From assembly GCA_963675595.2 (NCBI GenBank), contig CAXXLZ010000002.1, forward strand, positions 4,576,001 to 4,640,000: 64,000 nucleotides of DNA, in the 5' to 3' direction. The DNA is from Thermodesulfobacteriota bacterium (GTDB taxonomy: Bacteria; Desulfobacterota; Desulfarculia; JACQYL01). The position numbers and the translations under genes were made by a program. Under the pieces are notes generated by a model. It searched no databases, was not told the origin of the DNA, and saw only the letters and a list, made by a program, of their open reading frames with translations. Below are positions 56,470-64,000 of the stretch, one piece after another (within the stretch, counting starts at the first letter, position 1; the number at the start of each line of letters is the position of its first letter).

Positions 56470-57114
56470 TCACAGTCTCCAGACGAAGATGTCCTCCGCG
56501 ATCTCCTTATCCATGGCCAGTTCCGTGTTTTCAAATCGGATGATCAGGGCCGGGTAGGTCTGGTGCACTTCAATGATGGTGCCCGGATTCACGCCGAAAG
56601 AAGAGAGGCGATGCAGGCGGTTGTGGCTCTTGGGCTTGATATAGGCGATCTTTGCCTTGTCGCCGCTTTTCAACTTCAACAGGCCGACAACGGTCTTGTC
56701 CACTACTTCCTTGGATTGGCGGCAGCATTCCCCGGGTGGGATGGGAAGTCCGTGCGGGCAATGAGTGGGGTGTCCCAATAGTATACAAATGCTTTCTTCC
56801 ATTTCCGGAATGAGGAAGTGCTCCATTTCGCAACCGATCTTTTCCGCCTCCTCCGGGTTAACGTCCAGAGCGTACCTCACGAGGACCTCTCCCAGCCGAT
56901 GGCGGCGTACGATCTTGCGCGCTTCCCGTTGGCCTTTGGACGTCAACAGAACCGAATCGTCGTCGAAGGTGATGTATCCTTCGGCTTCGAGCTCCTTCAG
57001 AATCTCTTCGGTCAACTCAACGTGGCAGATACTGCGCATCTTGGAGCGAGCGGGGTTCCCTTCTTCACGGACCATCCACGCAGCTTCGAGCGCTTCTTCC
57101 AATTCACGCTTCAT
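56470..57114 (-). CDS. DtxR/MntR-family metal-dependent regulator with FeoA domain
   Basis: LTSKG..A...RRHRL.E, CEMEH, LGHP..CPHG.PIP, C-terminal FeoA-like domain. Confidence 0.9.
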   Translation of the reverse strand: MKRELEEALEAAWMVREEGNPARSKMRSICHVELTEEILKELEAEGYITFDDDSVLLTSKGQREARKIVRRHRLGEVLVRYALDVNPEEAEKIGCEMEHFLIPEMEESICILLGHPTHCPHGLPIPPGECCRQSKEVVDKTVVGLLKLKSGDKAKIAYIKPKSHNRLHRLSSFGVNPGTIIEVHQTYPALIIRFENTELAMDKEIAEDIFVWRL

Positions 57115-57119
57115 GTGTA

Positions 57120-59093
57120 TTACCCGCCGAACCGGATCTGAAAGACCCTGAATAAATAGTTCAATATGATTCCGACCACGAGAGCATAAGGGGTCACAAA
57201 CAGAAGCATCCAAGTGGCCGTTTTGAACCCGTGCTCTTTGTAGGTTACCACCAAAGCGTTGACGCAGGGAACGAGAAAGGTACAGATCAGCAAGAGCAAT
57301 ACGGTCTGGACGTCGCTGAACAACCCACGGTCGAACAACTCCTTAAGCATTGCGGCGCCCGCTTCTCGCCGAATCATAGTGGACAGCACCACACGAATAC
57401 TCTCGGGAGGCAGATCGAGAAAAGTCTCCAGAAAAGGCTTGCCGAGGTACTCTAAAAACCGCAGGAAGCCCAACTCGTTGAGCACGAAAAGAACAAAGGT
57501 GGCCAGAATGAAAACCGGAATCGCTTCTGCGGTGAAATGAGTAATCCGTTGCGTGGTTTTGACCAGAATGCTCCGCATTCTTGGAATACGCAACGGCGGA
57601 ATTTCCATGAAGAACGTGGATCGTTCACCCGGCAGCAATCGTTCCGCCGCGAGACCGGCGAGGAACATCTGGAGAAAGATCACTCCGAAAACGACGGCAT
57701 AGGCCTTCCAGTTCAAATGGGCCAGCACCACCAACATCACGCTCAGCAACGGAGCGCAGGGCATGCCCAGCAGAAGCAGGAGCGTGGCGATGATCCGCTC
57801 CTTCTTCGTTTCCAACACCCGGGTCGTCAAAATGGCCATGGTCACGCACGAAAAGCCCATGACGATGGGAAGAATGCCTTTGCCTGAGAGCCCCATCTTT
57901 TTCAGCAGGCGCCCGAAAAGAACGGACAGCCTTGCCAGGTATCCCGAATCCTCGATAATCCCAAAGGTGAAGAAGAACATGAAAAGGACGGGGGCCACCA
58001 CTCCCAAGGCGAGGTTCAACGCCACGCTCACCAATCCGAATTCCCCGACCATGAACCGCTGAAATAGGGGAAATGAAATCTTCCCGGAAATGGAGGCCAC
58101 CGTCGGGATGATGATTTGTCCGAATAGACGATCTTCCATCAAACCGACAAGAAATCGGGCACCGAAGTCTCCCACGACGAGGTACATGAGGGCGAGGACC
58201 AGCACGGCTATGGGAATGCCGGTGGTCAGGTTACGAGACCAGCAGCCGAGCTTTTCCGAAAAGGGAATATGCTTGGGCGGAGAGAGAGTCTGAACCTCCT
58301 CTGCGATCCTTTGGGCCGCTCGAGTATATGTTTCGTGAAGGAGGACTTCCGGCCGATGGTAGAATTGCCCCCTCGTGGTTTCAATGAGTGACAGCACCCG
58401 GCGGTGTGTCTCCGGGTCCAGGGTCTTAGACAGAAAGCTGAGCGCTCCCGGATCCAGGGTCAACGCCTGCAAACCGATTGCCCGCCCCGGGAGGTCCCTA
58501 TCGGAGACCAGCTTTCGGAATTCGGTTAGGAACCTTTCGATCTTGTCCGGAAGCTTCACGCCCTGTATAGGCTTACGCGCATCCGGGAGGACCCTTCTCA
58601 GACTGCGAAGGCCGATGCCCTCCACCGCGACGGAGGAGTTAACCGGTATGCCCAGTATCCCGGAAAGTCGGGATACGTCGATGGAGATTCCAAGCTGGCG
58701 CGCCTCGTCCGTCATATTCAGATCGAGCACCGCCGGAAGATCATATTCGGTGAACTGGAGGAGGAGGGAAAGGGATCTGCTCAAGTTCTTGGCGTCTCCG
58801 ACGAAGAGCAGGGATTCGGGATGAGCGTTCAGGATGCTGTCCCGGGCAATGGATTCGTCCTCGCTCAAGGTAAACACGCTGTGGACTCCGGGAGTGTCCA
58901 TAAGCGTGAAATCCGTGCCGGTGATTCGGGAAGCCTTGAATACCACGGGGGCGCCGGCGAAACTGATGTTGCCGTGTTTGCCTCGGCACAAACGCTCGAA
59001 AATCGATGACTTGCCTACGTTCAGGTTCCCGAGGAGAACGATGAGATGTTCGGGAGACTTGTCCGTGGCTGGATTTTGTTTCTGGATGCCCAT
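57120..59093 (-). CDS. feoB: Ferrous iron transport protein B (divergent switch I)
   Basis: GNLNVGKS, DTPG, NMTD, EDSGYLAR, GFSC, FFMEIP, PC gate motifs. Confidence 0.9.
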   Translation of the reverse strand: MGIQKQNPATDKSPEHLIVLLGNLNVGKSSIFERLCRGKHGNISFAGAPVVFKASRITGTDFTLMDTPGVHSVFTLSEDESIARDSILNAHPESLLFVGDAKNLSRSLSLLLQFTEYDLPAVLDLNMTDEARQLGISIDVSRLSGILGIPVNSSVAVEGIGLRSLRRVLPDARKPIQGVKLPDKIERFLTEFRKLVSDRDLPGRAIGLQALTLDPGALSFLSKTLDPETHRRVLSLIETTRGQFYHRPEVLLHETYTRAAQRIAEEVQTLSPPKHIPFSEKLGCWSRNLTTGIPIAVLVLALMYLVVGDFGARFLVGLMEDRLFGQIIIPTVASISGKISFPLFQRFMVGEFGLVSVALNLALGVVAPVLFMFFFTFGIIEDSGYLARLSVLFGRLLKKMGLSGKGILPIVMGFSCVTMAILTTRVLETKKERIIATLLLLLGMPCAPLLSVMLVVLAHLNWKAYAVVFGVIFLQMFLAGLAAERLLPGERSTFFMEIPPLRIPRMRSILVKTTQRITHFTAEAIPVFILATFVLFVLNELGFLRFLEYLGKPFLETFLDLPPESIRVVLSTMIRREAGAAMLKELFDRGLFSDVQTVLLLLICTFLVPCVNALVVTYKEHGFKTATWMLLFVTPYALVVGIILNYLFRVFQIRFGG

Positions 59094-59137
59094 GTTGTCC
59101 GGAAGAATGGAAAGGAACCCGACAAGGCCCTGCGGCT

Positions 59138-59524
59138 TCAGATGAGTCCGACCACTTTGTACTCAAGGGCCGAGAGAGACGCCCCTCGGGTCAGGATTGA
59201 GATGCGGACAAATCCCTTTTCTCCGGGGTCGAGCCGAAGGGGAGGTTTGATGATCGCGTACACCCGATTGACTACGTTTCCGTCCGCTCCTCGGGCCAGA
59301 AGGAAAACCATTACGTTCTCGACACTCACATCCGTTCGGTTTTCGATGCCGGCCTTGACGAAAAGCAGACCGGTGGCGTCTTGGCGGACGCGAACGTCCG
59401 TGAGGCGGAAACCGGTGTATTCGGATTCACGTACAACGATTTCCGCAGCGTAGCAAAGGGATGTCGACGCGAGGATTATCGCGGTCAGAAAACACAGAAT
59501 GGAATTTCGGCCTCTATAGTTCAT
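59138..59524 (-). CDS. Secreted Ig-like hypothetical protein (FxLYD-like)
   Basis: Signal peptide; G.IEN, DGNVV, LDPGE pattern; first gene of the feoB operon. Confidence 0.55.
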   Translation of the reverse strand: MNYRGRNSILCFLTAIILASTSLCYAAEIVVRESEYTGFRLTDVRVRQDATGLLFVKAGIENRTDVSVENVMVFLLARGADGNVVNRVYAIIKPPLRLDPGEKGFVRISILTRGASLSALEYKVVGLI

Positions 59525-59728
59525 TCATTCGCCCACAACGCGCCGGCAAGACATCCGGGCGTTAGTACAGATTATCGTCTGAACGCATGGCCCTCCGATA
59601 GAGTCACAACACGAAATGACTTCTTGAATCGGAAAGAAAGGCCGCCGACGGGGCGACCGGAGATAAGCACCGATACATTCTATTCTTTTAGGTCTTGATT
59701 TCAAACGCTTTTTTCCCATGGAAAAGGG

Positions 59729-60328
59729 TCAGTCATCCAGGAGAAAATCCGTGATATACGGATTGGTGCGGCATTGCCGGGCTAACGTGGTTTGGGGCTC
59801 GTCTCCGTAGTCGTGACCGGGCCAGATGACGGTTTCAGGCGGCAACGGAAGCACTTTGGTTCGAATGGATTGGAGTAAGGTTCCGAAGTCTCCGCCCGGA
59901 AGGTCCGTGCGACCCACCGCATCGACGAAAATGGTGTCGCCGGTGAAAAGATTGCCGTCCACGTAGAGGCAGATGGCTCCCGGCGTATGGCCCGGAGTAT
60001 GAATCACCCGGATTTTCAGCGAGCCCAGGACCAACTCGTCGCCGTCGTCCACCAGCAGATCGGCGCCGGGCGCCATGAAAGCGTCCGCCCTGTGCAGGAC
60101 CACTTTGGCACCCGTCGCCTGCTGGAGCGGCCAGTTGCCACAGGTGTGGTCCCCGTGGCCGTGAGTGTTGACGATATATTCCAATGTAAGGTCGTGCTCT
60201 TGAAGAAGGTTCAGAAGGCGTTGAGTATTCCCGGCGGGATCCACATAAAGGGCCTTGCGGGTTTGTTCACACCCAATGAGGTAGCAGAACACGTCCATAC
60301 TTCCAACGATAAGCTGTTCTATGATCAT
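59729..60328 (-). CDS. MBL-fold metallo-hydrolase (glyoxalase II/YcbL-like)
   Basis: THGHGDH, HTPGHTPG, TGD, PGH. Confidence 0.93.
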   Translation of the reverse strand: MIIEQLIVGSMDVFCYLIGCEQTRKALYVDPAGNTQRLLNLLQEHDLTLEYIVNTHGHGDHTCGNWPLQQATGAKVVLHRADAFMAPGADLLVDDGDELVLGSLKIRVIHTPGHTPGAICLYVDGNLFTGDTIFVDAVGRTDLPGGDFGTLLQSIRTKVLPLPPETVIWPGHDYGDEPQTTLARQCRTNPYITDFLLDD

Positions 60329-60419
60329 GGCGCCCCCCTTCTTGCGCTCGCGGATGTCGCTTGAAGCCTCGAACCCGCGCTTCCCCTCTACTGAAGAGTA
60401 TCGATTCGGAATTGGTTCG

Positions 60420-62324
60420 CTATAGACAGTTTTGCACGTTTTCCCATTCGCCGGAACGTATCTGCTCAAACTTTTCCCAGAACAAGCGGTCGCTTAAGTA
60501 GAAACGTCCGTTCTTACTGCGAGCCACGAATTTTGAGAATTGTCTCGGGCCGCCGTTATACACCGCATAGACCGCACGTGCCGCAAAATCGGAATTCATC
60601 GGATCGTCCGGGTCCACCTTATCGAGAACATAACGGCCGAGGTAAAGGGCTAATATTTGGCAACCCGCCCGGGCGTTGTACCAGATGTTCCATCGTAGAT
60701 GGTGCTGGTCGTAAATTCCTCGCCAAACCCGTTCGTTGATCTGCATGAGTCCCACGGAAGAACCGTTGTAGGAGCGGAGAACCCGGATCTTTCGGTCTCC
60801 CACCGTGAACTGTCTCCAACAGCTCTCCTGCCATGCGGTTGCCGGAATGAGAATGCGAAACAGGTCGTGGTGTTCCGCGTCCAATGGGCTTTTCTCGATG
60901 GTGTCTTCCGCTGCTTGGGTCAGGACGTTGCGAACGCGCTCGAGGTATCCCTTCTTGTTCGTGTCCGGAACGAGCCAGCGAGTCAACTCTTCCACATCGA
61001 TGCGGCGATCGGCGGAGGCTCGCTCCGGATACTCGCCGTCCGAGGCCCAAGCGCTGGAAGTAACCCAAGAGAAACCGAGCCAACGCCGAAAAAAGGCGGC
61101 GGGGGAGGAATGCTCTTGTTCCTGCAGGTCTTCGGAATCCGGAGGCGACGATACATCAGGCAGCTGTTCCAGTCCCATCAACCGTCTCAAGTCGTCGTCC
61201 ACCTTATAACGATAGACCAGCGAAGGCATCACGCCGGAGCGGTTGAGAAGTCTGGCCAAACGTCGTAATCCATCGCCGCTGATCTCAATGCCCAAAGCGG
61301 GCCCCAAGCTGTCCAAGGCTTCCAGGGCATCGGCCGCGGATAAGAACGTCAGATAGTTCAGGAGGGTCGGAGCATCCTGTTGCGCCAAATGTCTTCGAAG
61401 GATCGGCGCGGCTGTGCGCCATGCCTTGACGAACTGCTCTCTGACCAAGTCTTTGCCGCGATCTCCCTTGGTCATGGCTTCCACAAACTGGTATCGCATG
61501 TCGAGCAGCAAATCCAGGAGATCCTTCTTTTCACGGTCCGTAAGAGACAAGGCGGCAAATCCATGGATTTCATAAACCAGAAAAGCGTCCCATGTTTCCC
61601 AAAGTCGAACGAACGCCCCCATTTCCTCCCGGGTGAGTGGCTCCGCAGGGAGGATGGGAGCTTTCTTCGGCAAAGACTCCACGTCAATAAGGATTGAGGC
61701 TCGGAGTCCTCCAGGCGCGACTTCGATGGTTCCCGGGCGAAGGGTGTTGAACCATGCCTTGACCCGATCTCGGGATTCTTCATTGACCATCAGAGGGACA
61801 AATTCCTTCATTTCAGCCAGCGGCGGGGCGAAACCCACGCAAGTATCGTCCAGGTATTGGTGAACATGGGTCTTAATCAATTCCCAGATAATCTTGTTCA
61901 CCGTAGTTTCTTCTCTGTTCGAGTTGAACAGGCGGGAATCCACGGTCCGAAATTTCAGGTTCCAATCGGAGTCCAGGCTCGGCTCTCCCAATACCTCGAT
62001 GAAGCCTTCCCAAGCTTCAGGACCTCGACAATTACCCATCCAGGGCATGCCGGCTTGGACTCGAATTCGGGAACCGAGCCGCAACAGATGCCCTTCCGGA
62101 CCCAATTCCGGGCTCCAAAGCTCAATGTAGTTGCAGCCCTGGAGTTCGTTGAGCACGATCACACGCTTGCCCGGGTCCGTGTACAAGAAGTGCTCCAGAA
62201 GACGGGTGAGGGTGGGATAATCAAGGTTGGCGGGAATGGACACGGTTTCCGCTCCGGCCCGCCCGAGGAAGAGGAGCGTCACCAAGAAGGCGCATACGAT
62301 TGGACTCTTGAAAAGGCGCGACAT
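60420..62324 (-). CDS. Secreted protein with C-terminal lytic transglycosylase (SLT) domain
   Basis: Signal peptide; AWQES, GLMQIN, YNGGP. Confidence 0.82.
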   Translation of the reverse strand: MSRLFKSPIVCAFLVTLLFLGRAGAETVSIPANLDYPTLTRLLEHFLYTDPGKRVIVLNELQGCNYIELWSPELGPEGHLLRLGSRIRVQAGMPWMGNCRGPEAWEGFIEVLGEPSLDSDWNLKFRTVDSRLFNSNREETTVNKIIWELIKTHVHQYLDDTCVGFAPPLAEMKEFVPLMVNEESRDRVKAWFNTLRPGTIEVAPGGLRASILIDVESLPKKAPILPAEPLTREEMGAFVRLWETWDAFLVYEIHGFAALSLTDREKKDLLDLLLDMRYQFVEAMTKGDRGKDLVREQFVKAWRTAAPILRRHLAQQDAPTLLNYLTFLSAADALEALDSLGPALGIEISGDGLRRLARLLNRSGVMPSLVYRYKVDDDLRRLMGLEQLPDVSSPPDSEDLQEQEHSSPAAFFRRWLGFSWVTSSAWASDGEYPERASADRRIDVEELTRWLVPDTNKKGYLERVRNVLTQAAEDTIEKSPLDAEHHDLFRILIPATAWQESCWRQFTVGDRKIRVLRSYNGSSVGLMQINERVWRGIYDQHHLRWNIWYNARAGCQILALYLGRYVLDKVDPDDPMNSDFAARAVYAVYNGGPRQFSKFVARSKNGRFYLSDRLFWEKFEQIRSGEWENVQNCL

Positions 62325-62734
62325 GTTTCACCAATGGCGGGATGCGATTGCGGCCCGAGTCTTTGATCGTGAAAAAGTTTCCCTATGACGCACCCAAAAT
62401 ACCATGATCGGTTCGGCTTGGAAACTTATCATGGTCTGCAAGGACTTTCCGGGGGAGGGGCCGAATTCGGATTCCGGTTTCAGCCGACTCAGGGAACGTG
62501 TGGGGGGAGCGGGGCCGATATCGGAAACCAATGGATAATGCGGCGGTTTGCTGCTATCTTTCCTATTAGTGAATGGTGTGCCCATCGAAAGTCGGGCACG
62601 CCGGTTCTCGAAGCGTCTTGTTGTTGCCGGTCGATATGTCGGCCATGTTGACATTGCAGAAAGTCCTCATTGCGGGCTCACACGGCTCCAAGGTTTATGG
62701 AGGAGCGTGCGTCCCGCGTCGAAGGGTGTCGCTT

Positions 62735-64000
62735 ATGAACGCCGGGTGTGCCTTTGCGCGATCGAATCGAGTGGTTGGAACCTTACGACCTTTTTTCGGT
62801 CTTTGTCTGTTTCTATTTTCCGCTGTTATGGTTTGTTTTGTTGCTCCCGCTTCAGCGGAAGACACGGTGGAAATCGACGTGGTCCGGGGAGACTATCTGG
62901 TCCGTATCTGTGAGCGGTATCTCCAGGAACCGGAAGATTGGCAACGAGTAGCGGATCTGAACGGGCTGGGTAATCCCGACCTGATTCATCCCGGAGATCG
63001 CCTCCAAATTCCGGTGATTTGGCTGAAAGGGCTCCCCTTGGACGGCAGAGTCACTCATGCGCAGGGTCAGGTGCTTCTGGAACCAAAGAGCGGGGGCTTG
63101 ATTCGGCCGCTGTCCGAAGGGGATCCCATAGCAGAGGGATACCGGATCACCACCGGTGAAAACAGTGAGGCCACCATCGAATTCGAGAGTGGAGTGGTTA
63201 TACGCCTGCGTTCCAAAACCACTCTGAGAATCGATCAAGCGAATCGGAAAGACGAGCAGACTCTGCTTTTTCAGATGTTCCTGCAAATGGGGAAGGTGGT
63301 TTCCAGAATCCGGGACGCGCTGCAACGGGACAGCCGGTTCGAGCTCGAAACACCCTCCGCGGTGGCGGGGGTGAGGGGTACCCGTTTTCGTTGCGGGGTC
63401 GATGCGGAGAAAGCAGCCCGGTATGAGGTGCTGGATGGGGTGGTATCCGTTCAGGCCGAAGAACGAGAAGTCCTTCTCCCGCCCGGAACCGGGACCGTGG
63501 TTGAACTCGGAGGGCTTCCTTTGGATCCTATGCCCCTGCTCCCTTCTCCACGGGTGATTCCTCCGAGCTCTCCATGGAAGTCTCTGCCCGTCGAACTTGA
63601 ATTGGAGCCCGTGCCGGGAGCGGTATCGTATCGGGTGGTCTTGTCTCTTGATCCCAATCTGCGGCAAGTCGTCAGGGAGTCGATGGTGCCTTCCCACGAG
63701 GTAATCCGATTCGACTCGCTTCCGGACGGCGAATATTACATGGCCGCTGCCGGCATCGATGAGAAAGGTTTGGAAGGGCCTCAATCCGAGGTGGTTTCCT
63801 TGCAGGTTCGGATACATCCGTTGCCGCCCGGAATGATCAGGACATCGGGGCCGATCCAGCCGAGCGGGGAGGCCTTTTTCGGCTGGGAACCCGTTGCCGG
63901 GTCCACGGCCTACAGAATTCGGATCGAGGATTCCGCGGGCGAGGTGGCGAATATAAGGAGTGATGTACCTTCTTCAGCCGCCGTACTGATGCCCGAGACG
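62735..64000 (+). CDS. LysM + FecR (+ FN3-like) domain protein (3' truncated; absent from the ORF track)
   Basis: Manual translation: signal peptide ...APASA, VVRGDYL..I...LNGLGNPDLIHPGDRLQIP, ITTGENSEA, FELETPSAVAGVRGT.F, VLDGVVSV. Confidence 0.88.
   Translation, partial: MNAGCAFARSNRVVGTLRPFFGLCLFLFSAVMVCFVAPASAEDTVEIDVVRGDYLVRICERYLQEPEDWQRVADLNGLGNPDLIHPGDRLQIPVIWLKGLPLDGRVTHAQGQVLLEPKSGGLIRPLSEGDPIAEGYRITTGENSEATIEFESGVVIRLRSKTTLRIDQANRKDEQTLLFQMFLQMGKVVSRIRDALQRDSRFELETPSAVAGVRGTRFRCGVDAEKAARYEVLDGVVSVQAEEREVLLPPGTGTVVELGGLPLDPMPLLPSPRVIPPSSPWKSLPVELELEPVPGAVSYRVVLSLDPNLRQVVRESMVPSHEVIRFDSLPDGEYYMAAAGIDEKGLEGPQSEVVSLQVRIHPLPPGMIRTSGPIQPSGEAFFGWEPVAGSTAYRIRIEDSAGEVANIRSDVPSSAAVLMPET

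Noticed and set aside
1-64000. Selenocysteine (TGA) read-through in the redox genes
   Set aside because: In the genes I inspected, TGA stops fall at natural domain ends or overlap the next start, and none sits at a catalytic Cys position; the check was not exhaustive

Overview
A GC-rich, densely coding window from what looks like a strictly anaerobic Desulfobacterota (deltaproteobacterial) chromosome; the taxon is inferred from gene content. I found no rRNA, tRNA, CRISPR array, transposase or phage gene. The main blocks are: (1) Mo/W-cofactor genes (moeA, moeA-PBP, ModE-like regulator, fdhD); (2) a radical-SAM/DUF2344 fusion with rng; (3) redox and envelope genes; (4) an atypical CysRS paralogue with altered Zn ligands and no anticodon-binding domain; (5) a sigma-54 'orange protein'-like metal/Fe-S cluster bracketed by two PAS sensors that share a CX8CX3C motif, with a visible -24/-12 promoter and twin enhancer palindromes; (6) housekeeping genes (pgsA, recJ, hflKC, proC); (7) a SNF2 helicase; (8) anaerobic benzoyl-CoA pathway genes (had, oah, dch) followed by a second sigma-54 NifX-IscU-NifX-receiver operon; (9) a motif-degenerate hybrid kinase, an feoB-dtxR operon, a lytic transglycosylase and a LysM-FecR gene that the ORF track misses. 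The best candidates for new biology are the CysRS paralogue and the two sigma-54 NifX-family modules. All family calls come from motif recognition by eye; no database search was run.
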